From NCBI GenBank assembly GCA_047495785.1, contig JBLDXI010000030.1:434001-498000 (forward strand): 64,000 nt of DNA, read 5' to 3'. Below, piece after piece: positions 1 through 11,970 of this stretch; position 1 is the first letter of the stretch; every line of letters begins with the position of its first letter. The position numbers and the translations under genes were made by a program. Source of the DNA: Lepidodermella squamata (taxonomy: Eukaryota; Animalia; Gastrotricha). The notes beneath the pieces were generated by a model, which saw nothing but the letters and a program-made list of their open reading frames with translations, did no database searches and was not told where the DNA came from.

Positions 1-862
1 CGATTTTGCAAATCAATTTTTCGCTAGCCCCGTGTGCCCGAACTCCATGCACTAGGTTTATACAGTTCACATGACCCACGAATGACGGGGAACAATAGGA
101 ACAACAGGGACATTAGGAACAAATAGGACCTATAGGAACAAATACATGGATGATATTTCGAAAGAGAATGAGAAGAATGAGAGTAAAGTGTAGGTCTAAA
201 CTTGTATCGCCTTGAAAGTTTTGGAGTTCCCAGTCAAATGTCGAAGGCGGCTAGGCTTACAGTGGCAATTAAAAAAGAAAAAGGGGATATAATGTATGCT
301 GGTAAACGTAGCATCTTAATTCGACTCTCAAATGGATAGACATAGCAACGTAGTTCTCCTCACTGAGGACTCATGGCAGCATTTACATGAGTGGGGTGCA
401 AATTGCCACTTCCTAAACTATATATCCCAGAATCGGTGTTCTTCGGTGTTTGAAGACGTGAAAAGTGGGATTTGGTGGACATTTGAAAGAAATGCCGAGC
501 AGAAAATTCAAAAAGGACGAAAACATCTTTGCTGTTAGAAAAACAATCACAAGGCAATTTAGCGTCTTGTTTGTCTCACTGTAGGCAGTTTAGCCTCGAT
601 GATGCCCAATATATACAACGCCCAATAGTTGAAGGTCAAATTGCCTCAATTCCCCGGTTATGAGACGGTCGCGATATTTAATTACTATTATAAAAAATTC
701 AAGAAAGCTCTCGCATGGATGGACGAACTCAAATATTGCGTGCAAAAAGCGATATTCTTCATGCTAGAAAGGTGATGATAAACCGTGAACGCATGTTGCA
801 GCTTATTTTACTGTAGCTTTGAGTCAAATTTCTCATTTTTTATGTCGTATTTTATCGAAATG

Positions 863-1271
863 TTATTCGCATCTGCAGACATTGTGGAATCCAGACCATG
901 CGGGATTTCTGTGACAAAACAACAAAATTTCAGTTGAGCTGTGAGCAGTAAATTCAAAGTGAAACTAACAGGCCGGCACAGCATGGTGTACCGTCGCTGC
1001 AATCTTCGTACTTCCCGGCGCATTTCGGATCAGCAACAGCAACTTGTGCTATGCAGATGCACCTAGTGCCAAAGTTGTTCACATGCGGCGTGCTGTAATT
1101 TGATGAAAATAAGTTTGCAGAGTACATTTTGGAAAGGTGTCCTTACAGGCCCGTGCAACAGTCTTCATGAAGGCAGCTTCCGTTCAAACCAGCACAATCT
1201 TTTGCGATCCCTGAAGGGATGACTGCAGCGACGAGGGCTAAGACAGCCAAGCAAGCAATGATGCGGTTCAT
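863..1271 (-). CDS. Secreted double knottin-like (two C-C-CC-CxC domains) peptide, 3 exons
   Basis: Manual splice (two phase-2 GT-AG introns, each after CC-x-G-L) gives MNRIIACLAVLALVAAVIPSGIAKDCAGLNGSCLHEDCCTGLTPHVNNFGTRCICIAQVAVADPKCAGKYEDCSDGTPCCAGLNPAWSGFHNVCRCE*. It has a signal peptide and a paralog at 2699-3110 with the same exon structure. Confidence 0.85.
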
Positions 1272-1768
1272 TTTTAATATTTAGGTAGAAATCAGTAATC
1301 TTAAATGCGGGTTGTTATGATTATAACTTTATGTTACAATTCCGGGCAATTTATACAGCGCAGTATGAGAGTCCGCTGTTCGCTCTCACACAAGATACAC
1401 GTGATGTGTTAAGTGCTAAAAAAGAACAATTAGGTCAGCTTTTTAGCTGATTTCGGTGATGAAATAATGTCCCCTATATAGATATCTGATAAGTAAATTC
1501 CTGCATACTTTTGATATTCCCGCTTTGGGTATAGTTAAACCATTTCCTTATTCCCCCGAATCCAGTGACAATGGAAACATTCGAAAACGGACAAAAAAGA
1601 AAATTCGTGATAAGAGAATCGTGTAATTTAAAAGACGGGGCTGGCGGCGGGCTTGCTTTGATAAGCTGGTGTCTTGGCAAATCAGTATATACTGGACATA
1701 GACGAGGAAATATGTCAACGTGAGGTTTTTCACTGTATAGACGACTCGGAGTCCAATTTTTGCTTATA

Positions 1769-2167
1769 CCGTCTATACCGATTTAGTTTTGCCTTGTAAT
1801 AATGAACCCACAACCCCTGCCTTATGAACGGGACCCGGCCTTTATTTCGGCCCTGCTCTATATTTATGGAAATTAACTTTGAGCAACCGTATGCAACGGT
1901 TTTCAAAGCAAAATTACTAGAAATTGCCCTCTTTCACATCTTTTTAAGCTTCGATAGAATGTGAGGTGAAGTGGATTAAACTGCTCATTCGCAGGAGTTT
2001 GAACCCTTGCGAAGCTGCGGGGTAGCACTTGAGACGCATGCACATAATGTGGCCCCTGCCTTGTAATCGGGCCCTGCACTGTATTTTCTTAAACGATTGA
2101 CCTCGAGGCTCTGCCTTATGAACGGGACTACCCTTTAGGTTCTGCCTTGTAAATCGGAGTATACGAA
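1769..2167. mobile_element. Degenerate Tc1/mariner(pogo)-type MITE
   Basis: Left end TA|CCGTCTATACCGATTTA is an imperfect inverted match to the right end TAAATCGGAGTATACG. The internal direct repeat GCCTTATGAACGGGAC occurs at ~1819 and ~2114. Layout resembles the MITE at 33055. Confidence 0.4.
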
Positions 2168-2698
2168 ACATCCAACTTATTCTTGGGGAGTCGCTTTCAC
2201 AGGCGCGATGATAGAGGTTCGAAGCACATTCTCAGGCCTGCCTACGGTACGGCTCTGCGCGCGTTACTACCGGTCAGCTCATTTTGTAAATAAATCTAAG
2301 AGTGAGGTCCGAATTTCACGTCGGCTTTTACACCAAAATGCAGTAAATCGAATTCTCTTTCGTTTGAATATGAGCCGCGATAAGTCAAAACCGTAAGCTT
2401 ACGCAATTACGAGAAATTTTCACCAGAGCGCAAAGAAGCCTTTGCTCATCACCTTGCATGTGAAATTTTTCAAATTATTGGTTATGTTTTTCAGGCCGTT
2501 ATCCAGTGCTACAACAGCTTGACAGATGAAATGCGTTGCATTCCAGTAAACTAAAATAGCGATTCCTGAACTTTCGTGCTCTGAATTGTCGGACTGGAAA
2601 ATTGTTCGATGATCATATATTTTTTACATATATTGCAGCTAATTTTACTGTAACACTGAGTCAATTTCTCATGTTTTATGTCGTATTTTATCGAAATG

Positions 2699-3110
2699 TC
2701 ATTCGCATATGCAGACATTATGGAGGCCAGGCGGCCATGCGGGATTTCTGTGACAGAACAATGAAATTTCAGTTGGGCTGTGAGATGTATTTTCAAAGTG
2801 AAACTAACAGGTTGGCACAACAAGGTGTACCGTTGCTGCAGTCTTCGTACTTCCCGGCGCATTTCGGCCCAGCAACGGCAACTTGTGCGAAGCAGGTGCA
2901 CCTCATGCCAAAGTTATTTACATGTGGCGTGCTGTAAATCGTCGAAAATAAATTTCCAGAGCACACTTTAAAAAAGGGATCTTACAGGCCCGGGCAACAG
3001 TCTTCAACACGGCAGCTCTCGCCCAACCCAGCACAATCTTCAGCATTCCCCGAAGGAACGATTGCAGCTATGCAAGCAAACATAGCCAAGCTAGCAATGA
3101 TGCGGTTCAT
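2699..3110 (-). CDS. Secreted double knottin-like peptide, paralog 2
   Basis: Spliced: MNRIIASLAMFACIAAIVPSGNAEDCAGLGESCRVEDCCPGLTPHVNNFGMRCTCFAQVAVAGPKCAGKYEDCSNGTPCCANLNPAWPPGLHNVCICE*. All 12 mature cysteines and both intron positions are conserved with paralog 1. Confidence 0.85.
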
Positions 3111-3701
3111 TTTTAATATTTAGGTAGAATTCAGAAATATCAAACGAGGCTTGTTGTAACTATTTTCTATGATGAATTTCCTGGCAATTTATACACCCGA
3201 AGTCCGATGAAACGTCCTATGAGAGTCCGCTGTTCGTTCACGCCGTCTCGCAAATTTGAGCTGATAAGATCACGTGACGTGTTAAGTGCCACGAATGAAT
3301 AATCTTGTCTGCAATTTTCGCTGATTGCGGCCAGGAAAAACGTTCCGTTAATGTATCTGATAATTAAATAACTGCATACTTCCAATATTCCCGCCCTGGC
3401 TGTAGTTCAATCATTCCTCAGACTAGCACGGAATTTAGTGACTTAGTAAACATTCGAAAACGGACAAGAAAAAAACACGTGATAAGAGAATTATTATTTA
3501 GTTCAAATGACTAGGCTGGGTTGTTTTGAAAATGTGGTGTCTTGGCAAAATATGGGTTATCATGTGGTTGGCGCACGCGCCGACAAGCTGTTCGATAGAG
3601 GGTTGAATCGCCTTATTTTTAAATCATTCTACTCAATTCAACACACTACAACAACATTTTAAAACACTTGCCTGAATATCACACATTTATAACTACTAAC
3701 C

Positions 3702-4715
3702 ATGCAGGCTAAGACTTCGACTTCAGTCAACTTGCTACTACTGCTCGGTGAGATAGCTTCGTCAATGCAATAGGTCTATGATAATTTTTGTTTCCGATTA
3801 AGGCGTTACTCTACTCGCTCTGGTGATTGCCCATGGCTTCGATTCGAACTCATGCGAAAGCGGGTCTTCCGAATCAGACTTCGTAAGTGCATGAGAGCCA
3901 TTCTCTCTCTTTTCTTCATCAAAATCTTTGGGATTCGAACTAAATTTCCAGAACTAGAGGCTTCGATAGATTTAAAATTAACTAACTTGGTGAATTAAAT
4001 TGTTATTTTTTTATTAAAATTTTTCCGTTCTGACGACAAATTTAGTCATTATTTCCAGGTTTTTATTTGTTTGGAATTTTTATTTTTAATTTATTTTTCT
4101 CTTAGTATGCCTCGGGAATGTTCGATGAATTCTTAGTCTACTTACTTTTTGTTCAATCTCTTCATTTTACCCATTTTTATTTAGCCGAAACCTATGAGTG
4201 GCTTTTACCGATGTGTCAACAAAACAGCACGAGCCAATTTCACGTGCCGCAAGGCGTCTAAAGGCTGTCTCACCGGCGAAGAAGCGTTCCCAGCCAAGGT
4301 TGCTTTCACAACGATGACCAAATGCAAAAACGCCCAGAAACAACTCTACATCGTGAAAAACGCCACCACTTGGGACCAAGCCAAGGCGAACTGCACGAAA
4401 AGCGGCGGCCAACTCGCTACCGTGAAAACAGCCGCAGAGCAGACAACGCTGCGTGGTCTTCTGGCCAACATCGAATCAGCTTGGGTTGGGTTGAAGGCTG
4501 CAACTGTTGGCGGCAACTTCACCTGGATCGATGGTACAGCTTTTGTCGCGCTGCCGCAACAATGGGGCTCTGGAGAGCCGAGCCGCGATGGCGCCTGTGC
4601 TCTGTACTTCACCTACGGCGATACGGACGATTTGCCAGCTGGACTGTACCTGAACGACGCGCCTTGCGATCTCGTTGCGAAATCTGCTGCTTGCGAAAAA
4701 TTTGTGCAAGTCTGA
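3702..4715 (+). CDS. Secreted C-type lectin with an N-terminal 4-Cys module
   Basis: ATG 3702 and a hydrophobic leader split over short exons. The last exon has TWDQAKANC..GGQLAT..AWVGL..FTWIDG..WGSGEPS..C..NDAPC..CE, a canonical CTLD. Confidence 0.85.
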
Positions 4716-4780
4716 ACTCGAAAAAACTCGAAATCTTGTTGATAATATCGTTTATATGAATTGTTTATGGAATAAATGAT

Positions 4781-6311
4781 TCAGATAATTATTCGGATAA
4801 TTACTGACAGGTCAAAAATCAAGACTACAACTAGGCACGTTGCATAAAATGACAAGTCAATTGTTCGAACATGGCTGATACTCATTGATAGCTCCCATCT
4901 TTTGCATAGAGTAACAAAGATGTGTGTTGTTTCTTTCAGCTTCTCAACCTGAGCCAAGGCACATGCAAGCAGAGTGTAGCCAGTGATCGATAGACTGATG
5001 ACGCTGTGAAAGGCCAGGACGCTTTTAATGTAGGGAATCTCAGCAGATTTCGGTATGAAGCTGTCCACAGTTGATTGCAAAACGACGAAGCCTAGCATAG
5101 CTGTTACGCAGAACATGAATCGATTCGACTCGCCAGGCGGCACAAGGCCACTCAACAGCATCGCTGAGAGTAGGACGAAGTTAGGTAGGATTATGTCCAG
5201 AACGTAAACAACGTATTTTCGACGGAAATAAAAGCTAAACGTAACAGATGTGTAATTGCGAAAGGAGCCGCCGAAATACAAGCTCTGCGATGACGTAGAA
5301 GCGTTAGCTGAGAGGAACAGCCATATTTCTTTTGGGCCGATGAACGTTTCTTGATCGATATGTAACGGGTATTCGTCGAGCCCTAATTCCAGGATTTCTC
5401 CATCGTCGAAAGAGTCAATGCTGACGGAACAGAGCTGATAATCGAAGGGGAAGTTTTTCAAGCTGAAATGATCAAGTTGAGATATGAAACGAAAGAATTA
5501 TGCAATTAACCTCAAACTACACGATGAGGTGAGCGAGTCAAGATAAGTTGTCCATGAGATTCCGTCTTGTTGGATATAAACTGGAGTCACGCTCATTTCT
5601 CTATGGAATATAATGACAAAGTTATTTTGCAAAAGAATTCGAAGAAGCTCTCACTCTCTGGCTCGAGATAAGTCACCGGCGCTATTCGAGTGGAATACTC
5701 GCGGAAACCAAGTTTCACTGCCGGGTATGCTGAATGATTTGATGCTTTCACTTTCATTTTGCTGGGAATCCATCCACTCAGCACATTCATGCTGCCAGAC
5801 AAACGAGATTTCTGCTACGATGGAAAATCTAGACAAATCAGATAAATTAAAAGTATTTTTTATTAAAAGATGAATTCAAACAATTTCTCAAATTAATCAG
5901 AAAAAATTATGTAACATTAACTGCGTAGCAATTTAATAAATTTCTGAACGAGTTTTCTAAATTTTTTGTGGAGTGATGAATTAATCAAGTATGTATATGG
6001 TATATGCAAAACTCAATTTCGGTCTTCTACCTTCTAATAATTCTCTTCCAATTTATAGCTTATTTTACAAGATGATCCAACATCCGGATAGGAAGAGCTT
6101 ACGTTTGGTCGACCTCGCTGATACCCCTGAAGTAGTAGGCCTGTATCGAAGTATTCACGGCGACTGGTTTGCTGAGGTGTGTTAATGGCGGAGATTTAGT
6201 GTTGAATAGACACCGGTGAACAATCTCTTGCTTGAGGCTTTCAGATTTTGGCTGAACGGCCAGAATTGTCTGAAAATTGCAGATCAATAATATCAACGCA
6301 GCGAATCTCAT
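4781..6311 (-). CDS. Divergent pentameric (Cys-loop) ligand-gated ion channel subunit
   Basis: Signal peptide; exons at 6099-6311, ~5660-5830, ~5510-5590 and 4781-5461; Cys-loop C..L.NFPFDYQLC; pre-M1 FRRK; four TM helices with a short M3-M4 loop. Confidence 0.85.
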
Positions 6312-6434
6312 GTTTGCTTTTTTTTATTTGGAAAAAAATGTCGTTCGCAATTTGAAATCGCATTTTTTCCCGAAGCAAACAGCACATTTGAGGGTAATCA
6401 ATGACGTTTTTTCCCCTAATAAAAAATGTGTCGA

Positions 6435-6600
6435 TTAAAACCATTATGCGAATGATGATGATGGACAAATCGATGACGATGGCGCAAGAGAATTTCGGAT
6501 TGTCGAAATGTGCGCCAGGTAATCGCAGTCTAGGCACAGACACGCAATGTAACGTCCGGTTGTAAAATGCCTAGGTATGCCTCTGCAACAGCGCGAATGC
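6435..6600 (-). pseudogene. Decayed duplicate fragment of the M3-M4 end of the adjacent channel gene
   Basis: ATGCGAATGATGA..AAATCGATGA..GCGCAAGAGAAT..TAACGTCCGGTTG resembles 6830-6990, with indels. Confidence 0.55.
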
Positions 6601-6820
6601 AACGATATTGGAGACTGATTTGTTAAACGGTTTTTCTGCTGTCAACAGTAGATTATTGCCCTACTGTATGAGGGCCTGGACAATTGTAGCTGCTCTGTAG
6701 CTTGAAATAAGCCTAAAAAATTGAAGCTATTTTGGAGATTTTACTTTAAACTACACTCGTATGGAGGAAACAATTTTTGAGGGCAATGGAGTATAGATTT
6801 TTCCAAGGTAATTTGTCAGT

Positions 6821-8127
6821 TCACAACATAATGCGAATGATGACGGAGAAATCGATGATGATGACGCAAGAGAATATAAAACTGAAGAAAAGGATGTCGT
6901 ATTTTCTGATAGTCGACATTTTCGCTAAGTAATCCCAGCCGAGGAACAGGCACGAAATATAACGGCCGGTTTTCAAATTCCTATGCCGCGCCAGCTCGCA
7001 GGTTATCAGACAGTAAACAGCGCATACAACGCTGACGACGCTATGAAATGCGGTAACCGATTTGATGAACGGAATTTCGGCTGATTTAGGGATGACATTG
7101 TCCATAGAAGATTGTAAAACTGCAAAGGCGAGGACAATCGTGGCGCAAAACATTGGTCTATCAGGCATTTTCGGCGGCATGATCCCAGCTGATAGTAAAA
7201 CTGTCAAAAGTGCGAAATTCGGTAGAAAAATGTCGAGAATATAGATTCCGTAACGCCGGCGGAATGTGAAGATAAATTTAACCCTCGAATAGTCTTAATA
7301 CTCGCCTTCGAAACGGAGATGGTCAAGTTGAACAACTGCTTCAGCTTCCAGGAAGACCCAAGTATCTTTTGGGCTAACAAACTCGTCGAAATCAGAGTTC
7401 TCGATCCCATTTCCGGTTAGTTGGAACTCAAAGTTTCGCGTATCGTCGTAAGCATCGAAATCAATGGAGCAGATCTGAGTGTCGAAAGGAAATTGCTTCA
7501 AACTTTAGGGAAATCAATTTTAACATATTTCCAGAAAGATCGGTAGATCTCACTTCAAAGTACAAACAGATGTGAATGTATCGAGATAGGTCGTCCATAC
7601 TCTACCCCAAGGCATGAAAATAACTGGAGCTCTGTTTAGTTCTCTTGAAAGTTCATGGGATTTGTGAAGTAATTTTGACATGCAGCCAATTTGTACTTAC
7701 TCTCTTACCCGGAACATCTCGTCGTAAGCATTCGAATGGTAGAAGCGCGGGAACCAGGTCTCGTCTCCTCTCATATCAAAATTTCGCACACTCTTGTATT
7801 TTGTAGAGTTCTGCCAGTTGACACATGGATGTTTCCACGACAGTGAAACCTCGCCATCAAGCATGAACCTAGGATTTATTGAACAAATTTCAAAGAATTT
7901 ACAGATAATATCCTGAGTTACGTTTGGTCGAGTTCGGTGATTCCGCGGAAGCGGTAGGCTTGTATCGAAACGTTGATGAGCATGGGATTATTGGAGGGCG
8001 GAGCTTTCGATAATAGAAGGCATTCGGCGATTTTCTCGCTTTTCAGCTCATCAGATTTTATTTCGAAATTTCCAGCTTTGCTTGAATGAAAAATCAAGGT
8101 ATAGCAAATTATTACGCTGAGCCACAT
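6821..8127 (-). CDS. Divergent Cys-loop ligand-gated ion channel subunit
   Basis: Same exon layout as the neighbour; YRFRGITELDQT, WFPRF, C.LK.KQFPFDTQIC, M1-M4 with PPKMPDRPMFC at the start of M2. Confidence 0.85.
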
Positions 8128-8373
8128 GTTGCATAATCTTTCGGCGTTTCAGGCGGTCACACGGATTGAAACCTGTCGATAGTAAATTGCATGCTTTAAA
8201 CTCAAAGTCCCATGAGTGCTATTTGCAAGGTATCTAGATGCATTCAACAGCTGATTGCAGACATTGTTTGCCTAAGCGCATTCGAAAAAAACAGGATGCA
8301 TGCAAAACAATGGATCGATTGTCCCAACCAAGTTGAGATCGCGTTTCGTACTCCATGATTCTATAATTTTTTG

Positions 8374-8528
8374 CAGGGTTCCGACTAGGCCCAGCTCTGA
8401 GGGGGGTAAATCGAGCATTTTGAGCCCAAAATTTGCAAATCAACAGGGGGGACCCTTACGTTTTCCAGAAATTTTCGAACGCCAGGGGGGTTCATTTACC
8501 CCCCTTACCCCCCGTACTCGGACCACTG
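8374..8528. mobile_element. hAT-type MITE (155 bp)
   Basis: CAG...CTG termini with imperfect TIRs (CAGGGTTCCGACTAGG / CGTACTCGGACCACTG) and a perfect 8-bp TSD ATTTTTTG at 8366-8373 and 8529-8536. Confidence 0.75.
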
Positions 8529-8797
8529 ATTTTTTGAAAAAATTCCTTATCTCCATCATTTCAGATATCGCGTTCTTCCTGAATCAGGATCTATTTTGAA
8601 ATTAAATTGAGGCTTTTTTCAATCTTAGGTGTTAAAAGGGTAGTTTTTACTTGTCAACGGGTATGCGCACTTGCCGGTATGATGAATGGAAGCCTTTAAA
8701 GCTTATGCTACTACGCTAATGTTACTACGTCTCATGCCTGCTGAGAGCAACAATATAGTAACAATGCAATACAATGTAACGAGTTGTCAACTACAAA

Positions 8798-10429
8798 ATG
8801 CGAACTGACCTTGGACCCATGCGGAGAATAACGAGGCGATATCTTCAAACAGGTGTGCTGACACTAGCTCTTTTCGCGACATCCTGCATTTTCTACAACA
8901 TCTCTCTACCATCTCGGCTCAGTTTCGTCCTAAATTGCAGAAATTCTATTAGGCAAAACTGGTCTTCACTGTTTGATGCTATTGAATCCGATGGTTCAGC
9001 TGGTTTTAACAACAAATCAACCCTTGAAGATTACGACCGAGATTTACGTCTCAGAAACGAGTTGGCCAACATAATTTCCAATTCACTCATTGAAAAATAC
9101 GTCAAGCCAACGAGCATTATTGTTAAGGAAGCAATTTCCAATAACATGACGCTGAAAATGCTTTCATATGAATGTATCGGCAAGGTTCAAGGCTGTGGCG
9201 GCTTAGGCGATCGTCTCAAAGGTATGGCCAGTTCCTTCATAATAGCCGTAGCTCTCAACCGAACATTTCACCTGAATTGGCAGTACAACAACCGGCTTGA
9301 AGACTTCTTCTATTCTAAACAGAACAGCTATCTGTATGACGCAGATCCTGAGACTTATCAAACTTTGATGGAGAGGTCTATGGCGCAGAAGAACCGTTAT
9401 GTTAAACTCGTTAATCAGGATGAAGAGCTGAACATTATCGAAGAAACTCGGAGTGCTGACTTGATTCGAACGATGGAAGGGGTTGATCATGTTAGGATGA
9501 ATACAAACGTTCTAACTTCAATTGAAGGCGTATTGCGAAACCCTGAGTTTCAAAAAATCCTTCAACCAATCCTCGAACCGGCTTTATGCTGTACGGATAA
9601 TGGGAGAATCGACGGATCTGTGGTCGTCGCAGCGATTTTACGAACTCTGGTCGGCAATCCTGTACCGAATTTAGCTGAAGCCTATGAAACGTGTGTTATC
9701 GGTCCTTCTGGTGGGAGTTACAAATGGTCGAAATCTTATAGAATCGGGGTTCAAGTTAGGCGCGGAGATAACGTTGATACATCTCTGGTTTCATCTCAGC
9801 AAATCGCCTGTTTTGGAGAAATGGCATCGAAAGTCATCAAAGAGCAATCGAATAGGTATAAACGCTTCATAATTTTCGTAACTTCCGAACGAATCGAAAA
9901 GGATCTGCTAGCAATTTTCGAGGAATCTGTGAAAAATGGACTTGGGTCAAGTTATTATACTGAAAAATTAACGATTAAGGTGGTTACAAGCTCTGACGAA
10001 TGCCCGATGTTGGTTCCGACCCATTCCGACAACTTGAATTTGAAAGGGAATGAGGATTTGTGGCTGATAAATGCGAAAACCTTCCTAGACTGGTACGTTC
10101 TGACCAAAATGAACCATCTAGTGATAGCGAGGAGTGGCTACGGCGAAACAGCGTCAATTTTCGGCATGATACCGACGTTAAGATTCGAGAGTGGTCTTTT
10201 TGTTGAGACGCCGTTGAACAAGGAGAGGAACTACCGGCATGGCTATGGGAAGACTTTCGAATTCCAACCAGCTGAAGCTACACTGAAGTCTCTCTTAAGG
10301 ATAAAACCGCCCGATTCGATATTCCATCCTATCGATGAAAAGTCTGTAACTTGTCGCTTTCATTACTACAATAGAATCGGTAGACAATTTGGCTTTGAAG
10401 TCATGGAAACTCACTATTTGGAATTTTGA
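8798..10429 (+). CDS. Type II membrane GT-B fucosyltransferase-like protein (FUT8/NodZ/GT37-like motifs), intronless
   Basis: N-terminal TM anchor; GGLGDRLKG, IGVQVRRGD, IFVTS and DWYVL...SGYG motifs of the alpha-1,2/1,6/O-fucosyltransferase superfamily. Confidence 0.75.
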   Translation: MRTDLGPMRRITRRYLQTGVLTLALFATSCIFYNISLPSRLSFVLNCRNSIRQNWSSLFDAIESDGSAGFNNKSTLEDYDRDLRLRNELANIISNSLIEKYVKPTSIIVKEAISNNMTLKMLSYECIGKVQGCGGLGDRLKGMASSFIIAVALNRTFHLNWQYNNRLEDFFYSKQNSYLYDADPETYQTLMERSMAQKNRYVKLVNQDEELNIIEETRSADLIRTMEGVDHVRMNTNVLTSIEGVLRNPEFQKILQPILEPALCCTDNGRIDGSVVVAAILRTLVGNPVPNLAEAYETCVIGPSGGSYKWSKSYRIGVQVRRGDNVDTSLVSSQQIACFGEMASKVIKEQSNRYKRFIIFVTSERIEKDLLAIFEESVKNGLGSSYYTEKLTIKVVTSSDECPMLVPTHSDNLNLKGNEDLWLINAKTFLDWYVLTKMNHLVIARSGYGETASIFGMIPTLRFESGLFVETPLNKERNYRHGYGKTFEFQPAEATLKSLLRIKPPDSIFHPIDEKSVTCRFHYYNRIGRQFGFEVMETHYLEF

Positions 10430-10578
10430 ATAAAACCCGTTTTTCACTTGGCAAAAACATTATTTTCATGAAACTGCACTTAGCCATAGCAATTGTGTGG
10501 AAACACTCCAGGATGTGTGCTTTTTACAGTGAGCTAACAATTTTACTATTGTAGTATTTTTCTACACTACAGCTTTAC

Positions 10579-11628
10579 ATGCTGTCTAATGTGAAACAAG
10601 GCTTTTACTTGCTGTTTATTGCTGCCGGTTTTATAGCTGGAATTTTTCTACAACATCTATCAACGCAGAATGCTCACGAAGCAGTATCGCATCTTGAGAC
10701 TAATAGTACTGCTGACCTGTTGCTATCTCGAGTTAGAGTCATGTGTTTGATTCTTACAACTGGAAAGTATCATCGGACCAGGGCTAAATTCGTTAATGAC
10801 TCATGGGCTCAAAAATGCGACAAATACGTTTTCGTTAGCGATCAAGACGATGAGACAATCAATGCAAAGGCATTCCATCCGAACTCTTCATATGTATTCC
10901 TATGGCCCAAGGTATTAAAACCAATAGTTTGAATTTCATTAATTTTTAAATATTCAACTGGAACTCAGATCAAAGCCGCATTTGAGTGGGTATACGATTC
11001 AGATCTTGTCAATGATTATGACTGGTTCTTGAAAGCTGACGACGACACCTTTATTTTTATGGAAAATCTCAAGTTTGTTCTCGGCCGAGGCTATAGCCCT
11101 AACAAACCCATGTATCTTGGCCACCAGTTCGTCGAAACTGCCACTAGTGATCGGGATTACGATTATACCCGCTTCGATAATATTCGCCGCGGCAAATTAT
11201 ACCCCTCAGGCGGGGCAGGTTACGTAATATCTCGACAGGGCGTGAAACAACTGGTCGAAAACGCGTTCCGTAAGGTCAAAGATCCGGAAAAATGCCCTGG
11301 GGCATCGAATAATCTACGCGGGATGGTTTTTGAAGATGTGAATATGGGACGTTGCTTGGCTGCCGCGAATGTTACAGCGGTAGAGCCGAGAGATTCTAGT
11401 TTCAGGCAACGATTCAACAACATGGCCGCAGCGAAACTCCTGAACCCTAGTTATCTAGATGATCTGTGGATGTCATTTGGCGAGCGGTTTTACATTGAAA
11501 ATCAAATGGGGCAATTCTGCTGTTCGAATGGACCGATTTCGTATCATTATGTCTCAGATAATCGAACAGCTGAAATGGAATATTTAACCTATGCTTTGAA
11601 AGTGTTTTCAATAAATAAATCCTTTTGA
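10579..11628 (+). CDS. C1GALT1: Core 1 beta-1,3-galactosyltransferase (T-synthase)-like, 2 exons
   Basis: TM anchor; VRVMCLILT, SWAQKCDKYVF, YDWFLKADDDTF, YPSGGAGYVISR, EDVNMGRCL, CCS..ISYHYV. Intron ~10912-10968 joins the two ORFs. Orthology not tested. Confidence 0.85.
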
Positions 11629-11970
11629 TCAGATTGTGGTCTTGGCTCTTGGTAAATTGAGCAGGATTGGAGCCGATCCATGTTATTAAAGCTACTTAGG
11701 ATTTCTAAACAGAGCTCTGACCCTCATTTGAAACAATTATTCCCTGGTGTGGCAGCATTTCCTGTGCTTACTTTGAGTCCCAGAAGAAATGTCACGCCAT
11801 GAACTTGAGCGAACTTTCTTATCAGCTTTCCCACCGTGAGAACGAGAGATGGGCGCACCTGTAATCCTTAATTGATTTCGTGCTCTTGTCGCAATACGCA
11901 ATAAAAAACCGACTCGGTAGCGCATTAAGCTGCAGATCTGTATTTTCTATTGCTCTTGAAACTTGGAATA

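Larger units (their letters stand above)
795..3550. repeat. Direct segmental duplication (~795-1680 vs ~2630-3550) covering the knottin gene and its upstream region
   Basis: Shared blocks such as GCGGTTCATTTTTAATATTTAGGTAGAA, ATGAGAGTCCGCTGTTCG and AAACATTCGAAAACGGACAA occur in both copies. Confidence 0.85.

Noticed and set aside
808-2971. ORF-track proteins such as MRREVRRLQ.. and MFDDHIFF..
   Set aside because: Wrong-frame or antisense readings of the spliced knottin genes.
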